A stretch of 49,809 nt of DNA from an uncultured Bordetella sp. (GTDB taxonomy: Bacteria > Pseudomonadota > Gammaproteobacteria > Burkholderiales > Burkholderiaceae_A): contig CAZPRT010000001.1 of NCBI GenBank assembly GCA_964589205.1, forward strand, positions 1-49,809, in the 5' to 3' direction. Positions 33,274 through 44,567 of this stretch are shown piece by piece. The translations under genes and the position numbers were made by a program. Within the stretch, counting starts at the first letter, position 1, and each line of letters starts with the position of its first letter. The notes beneath the pieces are model-generated. The model had not been told where the DNA came from. It saw only the letters and a program-made list of their open reading frames with translations, and did not search any database.

Positions 33274-34284
33274 ATGAACAATCCACTGATGGTTGATGCC
33301 GGCCTCGTGACCCAGGCCGAGGCGACAAGCCTGCGGCGTTGGGCCCAAGACCATGCAGACGAAGCCGTGCTGCGGGTGGACGACGCCGTGTCTCGTGGGC
33401 TCTCTCTCATCCTGGCCCGCCGAGCGGTGGTCTACCAAGACCCGCACAGCCTTCCCGCCCTGCCACTGCCCGGCCACATGGCCTGGTGGGCCAGCCGATG
33501 GGCCAGCCAGTGTGGGACCACGGCGACGGCCTTTCCCTGGGCCGCATTGCTGGCCGAGCAGGATGGCCTTCGCCCAACCCCCGATGAGGTCTGGCTTGTG
33601 TTGACGCCGGGGGCCCTGGCCATGACCCCGCAGCAGGTCGGCCTGCGATTCCCCCTGCGGCCATTGACCCTCCCCCCACCTGCAATGGACGCACTCAAAA
33701 ACGAGCTCGCTCACCTCGGCCAGGTGATCTCCGGTGGGAGTGGCCAGCTCTACCTGCACATGCCCCCGAGCACGGACACAGACGACTTTGAGCTGATCAC
33801 AGCCCATCCGAGTGTCTTGGCCGGCCAGCACCTGCCAGACTTCGAGCCACGGGGCCGCAGCGCTCGAGCCTGGCGCCACGCGACCCACCGGGTTCAAATG
33901 GCATGGCATGCGCTGTCTGAGCGGTTGGATGCCCCCATGACCGTCGATACCTTGTGGGCTTGGGGCGCGGGCGCTGCAACGTCGGCAGCCGACCCCAAAC
34001 GGCCTCGCCTTCCGCCGACTCCTGCGTGTATGGACCTCTCCAACAGTGCGGAGCCGGCCCGCGACTGGTTCGAGACCTGGCGCAACTGGCTGACAACGCT
34101 TGGCAACAGACCCGAGGCTTCCTTGGTGGCCGCGCATCAATGGTCGGCATTCACGTTTGAGCCGATTCCTTGGCATCGGCAGGCCTGGCACAGGCTTTCC
34201 CAAGGCCGGCCAAGCCTTTCGGATCTTCCCCGCCACCTGGCCATTCCCGACCCAACGGATTCCATGGGAGCGGCCCTCGCATGA
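33274..34284 (+). CDS. Conserved hypothetical protein upstream of recJ (degenerate COG4255 / phosphoglycerate-mutase-like)
   Basis: Fills the lolE-recJ gap, ATGA-coupled to recJ; WRHATHRVQMAWH...DTLWAWGAG resembles the family motif as I recall it. Confidence 0.6.
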   Translation: MNNPLMVDAGLVTQAEATSLRRWAQDHADEAVLRVDDAVSRGLSLILARRAVVYQDPHSLPALPLPGHMAWWASRWASQCGTTATAFPWAALLAEQDGLRPTPDEVWLVLTPGALAMTPQQVGLRFPLRPLTLPPPAMDALKNELAHLGQVISGGSGQLYLHMPPSTDTDDFELITAHPSVLAGQHLPDFEPRGRSARAWRHATHRVQMAWHALSERLDAPMTVDTLWAWGAGAATSAADPKRPRLPPTPACMDLSNSAEPARDWFETWRNWLTTLGNRPEASLVAAHQWSAFTFEPIPWHRQAWHRLSQGRPSLSDLPRHLAIPDPTDSMGAALA

Positions 34285-35999
34285 CCCCCATTCCACTGGA
34301 GGACCGGGCAGAACGACCAGACCTGAAGGCCAGGCTGGCGGCGCAGGGCCTGCCGCCCATCCTTTCAGACCTCCTGGCCCGCCGGGGCATCGAGAGCACC
34401 GATGAACTCGACACCTCCCTGATTCGCCTGCACCCGCCGCACGCACTCACCGGTGCACCAGAGGCGGCAGCCAGCCTCGGAGAGGCCATCCAACGGGGTG
34501 CCTCCATTCTCATCGTGGGTGACTACGATGCCGACGGTGCCACCGCCACGGCCGTGATGGTCAGGGGGCTGCGAAAGTTCGGCGCACAGGTGGAGTTTCT
34601 CGTGCCGGATCGATTTGCCTTTGGCTACGGGCTCACGCCCGCCTTGGTGGAACACGCCCGGCAGCGCTTCTCTCCACTGCCCGACTGGCTCATCACCGTG
34701 GACAATGGGGTCTCGAGCCATGCGGGGGTGTCCGCAGCCCAGGCCCTTGGCCTCGAAGTGCTGGTCACGGACCATCACCTGCCCGGCCCCAGCCTGCCCG
34801 CCACCCGCATCCTCAATCCACAACTTCCGGGCTGCCAATTTCCCAGCAAACACCTGGCCGGCGTGGGCGTGGCCTTCTACCTCATCATGGCCGTGCGGGC
34901 CTGGCTCACCAGACAAGATCACTTCCGCGGGGATGCTCCGCGCATCGATGACCTCCTGCCGTTGGTGGCGCTGGGCACTGTGGCAGACCTGGTCAGCCTC
35001 GATGCAAACAACCGCCGGCTGGTCGCCCAAGGCCTTCAGCGCATTCGCAAAGGGGTGCTGCCGCCAGGGCTTGCCGCCCTCTTCCAGACCGCTGGACGTC
35101 CTGCGGGCCATGCCAGCGCAGCAGACCTTGGCTTTTCGATCGGCCCGCGGCTCAACGCCGCCGGCAGGCTCGCAGACATGTCAATCGGCATCCGATGCCT
35201 TGTCACGGACAACACGCAGGAGGCCTTCGAGCTCGCCCAATCGCTGGATGCCCTGAATCGAGATCGGCGGTCACTCGAGGCAGACAATCGAGACCAGGCC
35301 TTGGCCCAGCTGGCCGCCATGCCCGAGGTCGAGCATCGCAAGGGACTGGTGCTCTTCGATGATGGCTGGCACCAGGGTGTGGTGGGACTGATCGCCAGCC
35401 GAGTCAAGGACAAGGCCCACCGCCCCACCATTGTGTTTGCGCCCGACCAGGACGGACAAGCCCTGAAGGGCTCCGGCCGTTCCATTCCCGGAGTTCACCT
35501 GCGCGATGTACTAGAGCGGGTGGACAGCCAGCAGCCCGGCCTGATCAAGGCATTTGGTGGGCATGCCATGGCCGCGGGCCTCTCCATTGAGCGAACCGCC
35601 CTGCCAGCCTTCGAGGCCGCATTCGAGGCTGCGGTGGGGGACTTCTCAAGTCCAGAGCTCTTCTCCCGCAGCCTGCTGACCGACGGGGAGTTGCCTGCGG
35701 AGGCCCACACGGTGGCACTGGCGGATTCCCTCTCCGAGGTGATCTGGGGGCAAGGCTTCCCACCGCCGCTTTTTCGTGGTCGTTTCATCCTCCGACAGCA
35801 GCGAGTCCTGAAGGATGCCCATTTAAAAATGACACTCTCACCTGTGGCCTCGCCGGCCCATCGGTTCGAGGCCATTTGGTTCAACGGACCATCAAGCCTG
35901 CCCGCGGAGGCCAGCCTGGCCTACGCGCTCTCTGTCAATGAGTGGCAGGGCAGCAGATCGCTTCAGCTCCTGGTCTCGGGCATGGGCCCGACGCAGTAA
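34281..35999 (+). CDS. recJ: ssDNA exonuclease RecJ
   Basis: GDYDADGAT, ITVDNG, TDHH, LGTVAD, PRLNAAGRL, GSGRS, GGHAMAAG; start 34281. Confidence 0.95.
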   Translation: MTPIPLEDRAERPDLKARLAAQGLPPILSDLLARRGIESTDELDTSLIRLHPPHALTGAPEAAASLGEAIQRGASILIVGDYDADGATATAVMVRGLRKFGAQVEFLVPDRFAFGYGLTPALVEHARQRFSPLPDWLITVDNGVSSHAGVSAAQALGLEVLVTDHHLPGPSLPATRILNPQLPGCQFPSKHLAGVGVAFYLIMAVRAWLTRQDHFRGDAPRIDDLLPLVALGTVADLVSLDANNRRLVAQGLQRIRKGVLPPGLAALFQTAGRPAGHASAADLGFSIGPRLNAAGRLADMSIGIRCLVTDNTQEAFELAQSLDALNRDRRSLEADNRDQALAQLAAMPEVEHRKGLVLFDDGWHQGVVGLIASRVKDKAHRPTIVFAPDQDGQALKGSGRSIPGVHLRDVLERVDSQQPGLIKAFGGHAMAAGLSIERTALPAFEAAFEAAVGDFSSPELFSRSLLTDGELPAEAHTVALADSLSEVIWGQGFPPPLFRGRFILRQQRVLKDAHLKMTLSPVASPAHRFEAIWFNGPSSLPAEASLAYALSVNEWQGSRSLQLLVSGMGPTQ

Positions 36000-36010
36000 A
36001 CTAGACCGTT

Positions 36011-37115
36011 ATGGAACCAGAACGCCTGAATCAGATTGGGGACTCCCTCGAGGACCTCAAAGCCCGGACCATCGACCTTCGGAGGTATCTTTGACTTCGA
36101 TGCCAAGGCCAGACGCCTAGCAGAGGTCGAGCGTCTCTCCGAGGACCCAACCCTCTGGGAGGACCCCAAAAAAGCCCAGGATGTCGGCCGAGAGCGCAAG
36201 GCGCTTGAATCGGTGGTGCTCAGCCTTCGCGACATCGACCAGGCCATCGCCGATGGACTCGACCTCTACGCCATGGCCCGAGAGGAGAGCGATGAGGACA
36301 CCCTGCTCGCCGTAGAGGCCGACACTGCAAAAATTGGCGAACAGGTTGCTGGCCTTGAGTTTCGGCGAATGTTCTCCAACCCCTCCGACCCGTCCAATTG
36401 TTTTCTCGACATTCAGGCCGGCGCCGGCGGCACCGAGGCCTGCGACTGGGCCTCCATGCTGCTGCGGCAGTACCTGCGCTATTGCGAACGCAAGGGCTTC
36501 AAGGTAGACGTGCTCGAGGCCTCCGATGGTGATGTGGCTGGTATCAAGTCCGCCTCGATCAAGGTCTCGGGCGACTACGCCTTTGGATTTCTGCGGACCG
36601 AGACCGGGGTGCACCGACTGGTGCGCAAGTCGCCATTCGACTCCAGCGGTGGGCGCCACACCTCGTTCGCATCGGTCTTCGTCTACCCGGAGGTCGATGA
36701 CTCGATTGAGATTGACATCAACCCAGCCGATGTTCGAACCGACACCTACCGGGCCTCAGGAGCCGGCGGCCAGCACATCAACAAGACCGACTCCGCTGTT
36801 CGACTCACCCACCTGCCCACAGGCATCGTGGTGCAGTGTCAGAACGATCGATCCCAGCACCGCAACCGAGATGAGGCATGGCAGATGCTGAAATCACGTC
36901 TCTTTGAACACGAGATGCGCAAGCGCATGGCCGAGCAGCAGAAGCTCGAAGACAGCAAGACCGATGTCGGCTGGGGCCATCAGATTCGAAGCTATGTGCT
37001 GGATCAGTCACGCATCAAAGACCTCCGAACCAACGTCGAAATATCCAACACCCAAAAGGTGCTCGATGGGGACCTCGACCCCTTCATCGAGGCCAGCCTA
37101 AAGGCAGCCGTCTAA
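36011..37115 (+). CDS. prfB: Peptide chain release factor 2 (programmed +1 frameshift at 36089-36095)
   Basis: ATG 36011 MEPERLNQ...LRRYL then CTT TGA C; +1 frame continues DFDAK...SPF...GAGGQ. Confidence 0.97.
36081..36095 (+). other. RF2 frameshift cassette
   Basis: Internal SD GGAGG, then TAT, then CTT TGA C. Confidence 0.95.
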
Positions 37116-37117
37116 CC

Positions 37118-38659
37118 ATGCCCAACCAAGACCCATCGGCCACGCCGAACAGCATCCCCGCAGCCACCGACGAGAGCCAAATCCTCTCGGAGCGCCGCCA
37201 GAAGTTGCACGCCTTGCGCGCATCGGGTCAGCCGGCCTACCCCAACGACGTTCGTCCAAGCCATCGGGCTGAACCTCTTCACGAGCGTTACGCCATTCAT
37301 TCCAGAGAGACGCTGGAGTCTGAGCATGTGGCCGTGGCGCTTGCGGGCCGAATCATGCTCAAACGGGTACAAGGCAAGGCAAGCTTTCTCACGCTGCAGG
37401 ACGCCACTGGCCGCATCCAGCTCTACCTCAATGACGAAGGTGTTGGTGCGGAGGCCCACGAGGAGATCAAGCACTGGGACCTCGGAGACCAGATTGCGTG
37501 CGAGGGTGTGCTCTTCAAGACCATGAAGGGCGAGCTCTCGGTTCGGTGCCATCGCCTGCGCATGGTGGCCAAAGGCCTCAGGCCACTGCCCGACAAGTTT
37601 CACGGTTTGCATGACACCGAGACCCGCTATCGCCAGCGCTATGTCGACCTGATCGTGAACCCAGACTCCCGGCATGTCTTTGTCACGCGCTCCAAGGCCT
37701 TGTCCGCCCTGCGCAGCTTCATGACCGACCACAGCTTTCTGGAGGTCGAGACGCCCATGCTGCACCCCATCCCCGGAGGGGCTGCAGCCAAGCCATTTGT
37801 CACGCACCACAATGCGCTTGCCCAGGAGATGTTCCTTCGGATCGCACCCGAGCTCTACCTCAAGCGCCTGCTGGTGGGCGGCTTTGAGCGGGTCTATGAG
37901 GTGAATCGAAACTTTCGGAACGAGGGGCTCAGCCCACGGCACAACCCTGAATTCACCATGATGGAGTTCTATGCGGCCTACACGGACTACCGTTGGGTCA
38001 TGGACTTCACCGAATCGGTTCTTCGTCACCTCGCAGAGGTGACCACGGGCAGCGCCGTGCTGAGCTACGCTGGCCAGACGGTCGATCTCAGCCAGCCTTT
38101 CGAGCGACTCACCATTGTTCAGGCCATCCTGCGCCATGCGCCCGACATTCCTGCAGAGTCGCTCGAAAACATCGATGCGTTATCGGCCTTGTTGCGCAAG
38201 AGAGGAGCCGATCTCTCCAAGCCACCATTGCTCAATGCAGGCCTGGGCGCGCTGCAACTGGCGCTCTTCGAGGAGGTTGCAGAGGCAAAACTCTGGAATC
38301 CAACATTCATCATCGATTACCCCATTGAGGTCTCCCCACTGGCCCGCGCCTCGGATGCTCGACCCGGCATCACAGAGCGCTTTGAGCTCTTCATCACCGG
38401 CCGAGAGATCGCCAACGGCTTCTCAGAACTCAACGATCCGGAGGACCAGGCGGCTCGGTTCAGTGCTCAGGTGGAGGCCAAGGAGGCCGGGGATGAGGAG
38501 GCGATGTTCTTCGATGCTGATTACATTCGTGCACTCGAGGTCGGCATGCCCCCCGCGGGCGGCTGCGGCATCGGCATCGATCGGCTCGTGATGCTGCTCA
38601 CCGACAGCCCCAGTATTCGTGATGTCATTCTCTTCCCCGCGCTGCGCCGCGAGGAATAA
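37118..38659 (+). CDS. lysS: Lysine--tRNA ligase
   Basis: [44 protein letters not shown]. Confidence 0.97.
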   Translation: MPNQDPSATPNSIPAATDESQILSERRQKLHALRASGQPAYPNDVRPSHRAEPLHERYAIHSRETLESEHVAVALAGRIMLKRVQGKASFLTLQDATGRIQLYLNDEGVGAEAHEEIKHWDLGDQIACEGVLFKTMKGELSVRCHRLRMVAKGLRPLPDKFHGLHDTETRYRQRYVDLIVNPDSRHVFVTRSKALSALRSFMTDHSFLEVETPMLHPIPGGAAAKPFVTHHNALAQEMFLRIAPELYLKRLLVGGFERVYEVNRNFRNEGLSPRHNPEFTMMEFYAAYTDYRWVMDFTESVLRHLAEVTTGSAVLSYAGQTVDLSQPFERLTIVQAILRHAPDIPAESLENIDALSALLRKRGADLSKPPLLNAGLGALQLALFEEVAEAKLWNPTFIIDYPIEVSPLARASDARPGITERFELFITGREIANGFSELNDPEDQAARFSAQVEAKEAGDEEAMFFDADYIRALEVGMPPAGGCGIGIDRLVMLLTDSPSIRDVILFPALRREE

Positions 38660-38674
38660 TCTGGGTTTGAATTC

Positions 38675-39838
38675 ATGCGGCCTCGCCCACACCGGATGAC
38701 CCCTCGAGCCCTCACATCTCTCATGGCCTGTGCCCTGGTGGCCTTTGGAGGACCCACCGGACTACCAACCGCTGCAGCCTCACCCAGCTTCTCCAAGGAC
38801 ATCACGCGGCCCGCTGCGAGCAGCCAGTCATTCAAGACACGCGTGTTGGTCAGCGGGCTGGAGAACCCTTGGTCCTTGGCATGGCTGCCCGATGGCGACC
38901 TGCTGGTCACCGAGCGCAGCGGTCGGCTTCGGCGCATCTCCAAGGATTTCCGGCTCGACCCCAAGCCCATTGAGGGACTCCCCACGAACATCGTGGCCAG
39001 CGGCCAGGGTGGACTCTTTGATGTCCTTCCCCACCCCAACCATCGACAGAATCGCATCCTGTTCTTCTCGTATGCAGAGGGCGACCTGCCCGGCCGAATG
39101 GCCTCCTCCGGCACCGCCGTGGCCCGGGCCCGTCTCGATGGACACACCCTCAAAGACGTGGAGGTTCTGTTTCGAATGCTGCCGAAGTCCCGAGGTGGCC
39201 GACACTTCGGCGGCCGGCTGGTGATCGACCGGCAGGGACATCTCTACCTGGGACTTGGCGACCGAGGGGAAGAGGACCGCGCCCAGAAGGCTGGCGACCA
39301 TGCGGGCAGCGTGATTCGTTTGCCGAGCAACGGCACCGGTGCGCCAGAGGTCTTCAGTCGAGGACATCGCAACATTCAGGGCTTTGCCATGCACCCAGCC
39401 ACTGGCGAACTCTGGGCCCACGAGCACGGCCCTCAGGGTGGTGACGAGGTCAACATTGTGCGTGCTGGCCGAAACTACGGCTGGCCCACCATCACCTACG
39501 GCGTGAATTACGTCACGGGAACGAAGATTGGGGAGGGTCAGCAAAAGCCAGGCCTCGAGCAGCCCGTTCATGTCTGGATCCCATCCATCGCACCGTCGGG
39601 CATGGCCTTCTATGTAGGCACTCCGTTCCCAGCATGGCACAACAGCATCTTGGTCGGTGCCCTTCGTGGGCAGAGCTTGGTGCGTCTTGGCCTCAATGAA
39701 GACCGGGTGGTCTCGGAGGAGCGGCTCTTGGTCGGCGAAGTCGGCCGGATCCGCGATGTCCGAGTGGGCCCAGATGGCCTCGTCTACCTCCTCACGGATG
39801 AATCAGACGGCCAGCTCATTCGGCTTGAGCCGCGATAA
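38675..39838 (+). CDS. PQQ-dependent sugar dehydrogenase (YliI/Asd-like), exported
   Basis: LENPWSLAWLPDG, GQGGLFDV, HFGGRL, GHRNIQG, EHGPQGGDEVN, NYGWP, RIRDV; start 38675 or 38696. Confidence 0.9.
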   Translation: MRPRPHRMTPRALTSLMACALVAFGGPTGLPTAAASPSFSKDITRPAASSQSFKTRVLVSGLENPWSLAWLPDGDLLVTERSGRLRRISKDFRLDPKPIEGLPTNIVASGQGGLFDVLPHPNHRQNRILFFSYAEGDLPGRMASSGTAVARARLDGHTLKDVEVLFRMLPKSRGGRHFGGRLVIDRQGHLYLGLGDRGEEDRAQKAGDHAGSVIRLPSNGTGAPEVFSRGHRNIQGFAMHPATGELWAHEHGPQGGDEVNIVRAGRNYGWPTITYGVNYVTGTKIGEGQQKPGLEQPVHVWIPSIAPSGMAFYVGTPFPAWHNSILVGALRGQSLVRLGLNEDRVVSEERLLVGEVGRIRDVRVGPDGLVYLLTDESDGQLIRLEPR

Positions 39839-39855
39839 CACTCCAAAAAATCTGC

Positions 39856-40188
39856 TCACTCACGTGCGTGGTTGATGGTGTAGCGAGGAATTTCCACCTC
39901 CAGGGCCTTGTCAGCCACTGCGACCTGGCAAGACAGCCTCGACTGCGCGCTCAGACCCCAGGCTCGATCGAGAAGATCATCCTCGTCTTCCTCCGAGGGC
40001 GTGAGGCTGTCAAAGCCCTTGCGAACAATGACATGACACGTGGTGCAGGCCTTGCTCATCTCACAGGCATGCTCGATGTCGATGCCATGGGCCAGAAGGC
40101 TGCGGCACAGATTCTCACCTTCAGCCACATCAAACACAGCCCCATCAGGGCAGATCTCCACATGCGGAAGCACACGAATTTGAGGCAT
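39856..40188 (-). CDS. fdx: ISC [2Fe-2S] ferredoxin
   Basis: HACEMSKACTTCH, SRLSCQ, PRYTINHARE. Confidence 0.95.
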   Translation of the reverse strand: MPQIRVLPHVEICPDGAVFDVAEGENLCRSLLAHGIDIEHACEMSKACTTCHVIVRKGFDSLTPSEEDEDDLLDRAWGLSAQSRLSCQVAVADKALEVEIPRYTINHARE

Positions 40189-40200
40189 CACACCACTCGC

Positions 40201-42081
40201 TTATAAATTTTGAATTGACTGCCCGGACAATGCCTGTGAGACAGCACGGTCCATTCGCCGGGCGGCAAAGGGATCGGTCAGCGCAGACAACCGCTCAGTG
40301 GCGGCCCGAAGACCTTCGACATCCTGGCCGCCGCACACAGCGCGACAGTCGGTCATGGCCGCATCGATCTCGGAGCGCTCTGCTGGGCTGAGGAGGTCGC
40401 CATCAGCCTCCAGTGCAGCCGAGATCAGCTCGAGGAGCTGCTGGCTCTCGACCTGTTGCTCCCGCAGCGCACGGGCCTGCATGTCCACCTTGGCATGCGT
40501 GAAACTCTGCTCGAGCATGCTCGCGATCTCAGCATCGGTGAGCCCATAAGAAGGCCGCACCTCAATGCTGGCCTGAACCCCGGAGCCAAGCTCTTGGGCA
40601 GACACAGACAACAGACCATCGGCATCGACCTGGAAGTGGACGCGAATGCGGGCTGCACCGGCTGCCATCGGCGGGAATCCACGCAGCTCGAATCGGGCCA
40701 GTGAGCGACAGTCTGAGACCAGCTCTCGCTCGCCCTGGACCACATGCAGGGCCATCGCCGTCTGGCCGTCTTTGTAGGTCGTGAACTCCTGCGCACGGGC
40801 CACGGGAATGGGCGTATTGCGGGGAATGACCTTCTCCACCAGGTCTCCCATCGTCTCGAGGCCAAGACTGAGCGGAAGGACATCCAGCAACAGCCAGTCA
40901 TCGCCATCTGGGCGATTTCCGGCCAGCAGATTGGCCTGAAGGGCGGCACCAATGGCCACGACCTCATCGGGATGAATGTCTGCCTTCGGACGCTGTTGGA
41001 AGAAGGCCTCAGCAGCCGCCCGAACGTTGACCAGTCGAGTTGACCCACCGACCAGTACCACGCCCTGAATCTGAGCGGGCGACAGGCCAGCATCTGACAT
41101 GGCCCGCGCACAGGCGTCGATGCTGCGGTCGACCAGCGGCTTGGTCAGGACCTGAAACTCGGCCTGAGAGATCATCGCCAGCGGCCTTGTGCCGTCACCC
41201 CGGTTCCACTCCGACGAGACCCGCTCGGAGAATGAGGAGGCACCCGAGAGTGCCTCCTTGAGCCGCCTGGCCATGCGAAGCAGGCTGCGCCATTCCGAGG
41301 CATTGAGGTCGCCCGACTGCAGACCCCAGCCCGCGAGCCAGTGGTGTGCAAGCAGTGCATCGAAATCATCGCCACCCAGGGCGGGATCACCACCCGTGGC
41401 CACCACCTCGAAAACGCCCTTGGTGAGGCGCAGAATGGAAATGTCAAAGGTGCCGCCACCCAGGTCGTATACAGCGTAGAGGCCCTCCGCACCGGACTCC
41501 AGCCCATAGGCCAAGGCCGCCGCGGTGGGTTCATTGAGCAGTCGCAAGACATTGATGCCCGCGAGGCTTGCCGCATCCTTCGTGGCCTGACGCTGGGCGT
41601 CATCGAAATAGGCCGGCACTGTGATCACCGCACCAACCAGCTCATCCCCAAGGGTCTGCTCCGCCTGGGCCTTGAGCACCTTGAGAATTTCGGCTGAAAA
41701 GGCCACCGGCGAGACTGGGCCATATGCTGTCTGGACCTTGAGCACGCCACCGGAGTCGGGGGAGAAGTCGTAGGGCAGTTCGAGCGCCTTTGCATCGGCC
41801 TCGCCACGGCCCATGAGGCGCTTGAGCGAGACGAGTGTGTTGAGCGGGTCATCGGACACAGCCGACAATGCGTCGGTTCCGACCGACAACACGCCCTGAT
41901 CGCCATATCGAACCGCCGATGGAATGAGCCGCTCACCCTGCAGATTGGGCAGAATCTCAGCAGAGCCAGAGCGGACTGCTGCCACCAATGAATGTGTGGT
42001 GCCGAGGTCGATGCCCACCGCCAGCCTTCGCTGATGAGGAACCGTGGACTGGCCCGGCTCGGCAATCTGTAACAGGGCCAT
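40201..42081 (-). CDS. hscA: Fe-S chaperone HscA
   Basis: [37 protein letters not shown]. Confidence 0.96.
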   Translation of the reverse strand: MALLQIAEPGQSTVPHQRRLAVGIDLGTTHSLVAAVRSGSAEILPNLQGERLIPSAVRYGDQGVLSVGTDALSAVSDDPLNTLVSLKRLMGRGEADAKALELPYDFSPDSGGVLKVQTAYGPVSPVAFSAEILKVLKAQAEQTLGDELVGAVITVPAYFDDAQRQATKDAASLAGINVLRLLNEPTAAALAYGLESGAEGLYAVYDLGGGTFDISILRLTKGVFEVVATGGDPALGGDDFDALLAHHWLAGWGLQSGDLNASEWRSLLRMARRLKEALSGASSFSERVSSEWNRGDGTRPLAMISQAEFQVLTKPLVDRSIDACARAMSDAGLSPAQIQGVVLVGGSTRLVNVRAAAEAFFQQRPKADIHPDEVVAIGAALQANLLAGNRPDGDDWLLLDVLPLSLGLETMGDLVEKVIPRNTPIPVARAQEFTTYKDGQTAMALHVVQGERELVSDCRSLARFELRGFPPMAAGAARIRVHFQVDADGLLSVSAQELGSGVQASIEVRPSYGLTDAEIASMLEQSFTHAKVDMQARALREQQVESQQLLELISAALEADGDLLSPAERSEIDAAMTDCRAVCGGQDVEGLRAATERLSALTDPFAARRMDRAVSQALSGQSIQNL

Positions 42082-42084
42082 CGT

Positions 42085-42654
42085 CTAACGATCCAGGTCT
42101 TGAAGAAATTTCTCGAGGAAATGCAGTGCACGAACTTGCAGCACGGCCTCGGCGTAATCAGCTTGAATGTCAATCAGCGCTGCCAGTCGGGCGATGCTGG
42201 CGTCTCTCTCGGTCCGGGCCTCGTCTCTGATCTTCATACAGGCCTGCACTCGGGCTTCCTGGGAGGGCGCCGCCTTGGCCTCCTCGAGCGACTCTCGAAG
42301 CGTCATCTGTGCCTCTAAGAAAGCCACCGGCATGGCGGTATTGCGCTCTGCCTCCACCGCGTGACCCTTTCGCTCGAGCAGGTAGGTTGCACGAGCGATC
42401 GGCGACTTCAATGTCTTGTAGGCCTCATTCAGATGTGTCGACCACTGCAGGGCGAGCCGACGCTGCGCGTCTGTGCCCGCAGAGAAGCGATCGGGATGCA
42501 CCACTGCCTGAAGACGTCGCCAGGCCCCGTCCAGCCTCTGCTGGTCTATGTCAAAGACTTCCGGCAGACCCAAGAGGCTGAAATAATCTTGCGTCAGAAG
42601 GCCAGAAGCGGGCGAAGCCTCAGACCTGGAAAGATTCACCGCAGCCGCACTCAC
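42085..42654 (-). CDS. hscB: Co-chaperone HscB (start uncertain: GTG 42654 or 42639)
   Basis: J-domain [37 protein letters not shown]. Confidence 0.92.
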   Translation of the reverse strand: MSAAAVNLSRSEASPASGLLTQDYFSLLGLPEVFDIDQQRLDGAWRRLQAVVHPDRFSAGTDAQRRLALQWSTHLNEAYKTLKSPIARATYLLERKGHAVEAERNTAMPVAFLEAQMTLRESLEEAKAAPSQEARVQACMKIRDEARTERDASIARLAALIDIQADYAEAVLQVRALHFLEKFLQDLDR

Positions 42655-42943
42655 TCTTCACATTGGGGTTCTCGAATCGGAAGCCCTCGTTGAGGCCCTC
42701 ACGCGCAAAATCGAGCTGCGTGCCATCGATATAAGGCAGGCTCTTGGGGTCCACGAACACTGTGACGCCATGACTCTCAAAAGACATGTCCTCTGTGGCA
42801 ACGTCATCGACGAACTCAAGCTTGTAGGCCAGGCCAGAGCAGCCCGTTGTGCGAACACCCAGGCGAATCCCGACACCCTTCCCACGCTTCTCGATGTAAC
42901 GAGACACGTGCTGCGCAGCGCGTTCAGTCAGCGTGATGGCCAT
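42620..42943 (-). CDS. iscA: A-type Fe-S carrier IscA
   Basis: Start ATG 42943 MAITLTE; GCSGLAY, CGCGESF. Confidence 0.96.
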   Translation of the reverse strand: MAITLTERAAQHVSRYIEKRGKGVGIRLGVRTTGCSGLAYKLEFVDDVATEDMSFESHGVTVFVDPKSLPYIDGTQLDFAREGLNEGFRFENPNVKSECGCGESFQV

Positions 42944-43316
42944 GCTTTTTCTTGTAATCTTCGATCGCCGCCTTGATGGCATCTTCCGCAAGGATGGAGC
43001 AGTGGATCTTCACTGGCGGAAGCGCGAGCTCGTTGGCAATCTCTGTGTTCTTGAGGGCCATGGCCTCATCCAGGGTCTTGCCCTTGACCCACTCCGTGAC
43101 GAGTGACGAGGACGCAATCGCGGAGCCACAGCCATAGGTCTTGAACCGGGCATCCTCAATCACACCCGCCTCGCTCACCTTGATCTGTAGTTTCATGACG
43201 TCTCCACAGGCAGGGGCACCCACCATGCCGGTGCCGACGTTGGGATCATCCTTGTCGAGCGAGCCAACGTTCCTGGGATTCTCGTAATGATCGATGACCT
43301 TCTCGCTATATGCCAT
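42924..43316 (-). CDS. iscU: Fe-S scaffold IscU
   Basis: [22 protein letters not shown]. Confidence 0.97.
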   Translation of the reverse strand: MAYSEKVIDHYENPRNVGSLDKDDPNVGTGMVGAPACGDVMKLQIKVSEAGVIEDARFKTYGCGSAIASSSLVTEWVKGKTLDEAMALKNTEIANELALPPVKIHCSILAEDAIKAAIEDYKKKHGHHAD

Positions 43317-43343
43317 GACGGTTCTCCTGGATGGGTGATGGGA

Positions 43344-44561
43344 TTAGTGGGCGGCCCACTGAATGGTGCTGAGATCGACGCCCTCTTTCACCAACTCCCA
43401 GAGGGGTGACATCTCACGCAATTTGGCAACCTTGTCCTTGAGCAAGGAAATGGTGAAGTCAACATCGGCTTCGGTGGTGTAGCGACCGATCGAGAAGCGA
43501 ATTGATGAGTGTGCTAGCTCGTCGCTACGGCCCAGTGCACGAAGCACATAAGACGGCTCCAGGCTCGCACTCGTGCAGGCTGAGCCAGACGAGACGGCAA
43601 TGCCCTTGATGGCCATGAGCAGCGATTCACCCTCGACGTAATTGAAGCTGACATTGAGGTTATGCGGCACCCGCGCCTCGAGATCACCGTTGAGATAGAC
43701 AGCCTCGATTTCAGAGAGGCCCTTCCAGAGACGATCTCGCAGCATTCGAATGCGTTCATTTTCAGCCGCCATCTCAGCCTTGGCGAAGGCAAAGGCCGCA
43801 CCCATGCCAACAATCTGGTGGGTTGGCAGCGTGCCGGAGCGCATCCCGCGCTCGTGCCCACCACCATGGATTAGCGGCTCCAGACGAATGCGCGGCTTTC
43901 TGCGGACAAAAAGTGCTCCGATGCCTTTTGGACCATAAGTCTTGTGGGCCGAGAAGCTCATGAGATCGACCTTCAGGCTCTGAAGATCGATCTGCACCTT
44001 GCCAGTGGCCTGCGCACTGTCGACGTGGAAGATGATTCCGCGGCCACGGCAGAATTCGCCGATCTTGGGGATGTCTTGAATGACCCCGATCTCGTTGTTC
44101 ACAAACATGACCGACACCAGGATGGTGTCAGGACGGACGGCGGCCTCGAAGGCGGCAAAGTCAATCAGGCCGTCTGCCTGGACGTCGAGGTAGGTCACCT
44201 CAAAGCCCTCTCGCTCGAGCTCACGGCAGGTGTCGAGGGTGGCCTTGTGCTCGGTTTTCACCGTGATCACATGGCGGCCTTTGTCCTTGTAGAAGTGTGC
44301 GGCACCCTTGATGGCGAGGTTAATGGACTCGGTGGCGCCAGAAGTCCAGACCAGCTCTTTTGGGTCACAGCCCACAAGGTCTGCAACCTGCTGCCTGGCA
44401 GTCTCCACGGCCTCCTCGGCCTTCCAGCCATAGGCGTGGCTACGGGATGCAGGATTGCCAAAATCCTCGCGAAGGAACGGCAACAAGGCGTCGACCACCC
44501 GCGGGTCAACCGGCGTGGTGGCGGAGTAATCGAGGTAAATCGGTGCGATGGGTGCGTTCAT
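43344..44561 (-). CDS. iscS: Cysteine desulfurase IscS
   Basis: [27 protein letters not shown]. Confidence 0.97.
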   Translation of the reverse strand: MNAPIAPIYLDYSATTPVDPRVVDALLPFLREDFGNPASRSHAYGWKAEEAVETARQQVADLVGCDPKELVWTSGATESINLAIKGAAHFYKDKGRHVITVKTEHKATLDTCRELEREGFEVTYLDVQADGLIDFAAFEAAVRPDTILVSVMFVNNEIGVIQDIPKIGEFCRGRGIIFHVDSAQATGKVQIDLQSLKVDLMSFSAHKTYGPKGIGALFVRRKPRIRLEPLIHGGGHERGMRSGTLPTHQIVGMGAAFAFAKAEMAAENERIRMLRDRLWKGLSEIEAVYLNGDLEARVPHNLNVSFNYVEGESLLMAIKGIAVSSGSACTSASLEPSYVLRALGRSDELAHSSIRFSIGRYTTEADVDFTISLLKDKVAKLREMSPLWELVKEGVDLSTIQWAAH

Positions 44562-44567
44562 GTGGGC

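Noticed and set aside
36011-36094. In-frame stop suggesting a prfB pseudogene
   Set aside because: Canonical programmed frameshift site
40043-40072. Ferredoxin CEMSKACTTC lacks one Cys of the usual CEKSCACTTC
   Set aside because: The missing Cys is the non-ligand one; all four cluster ligands are present
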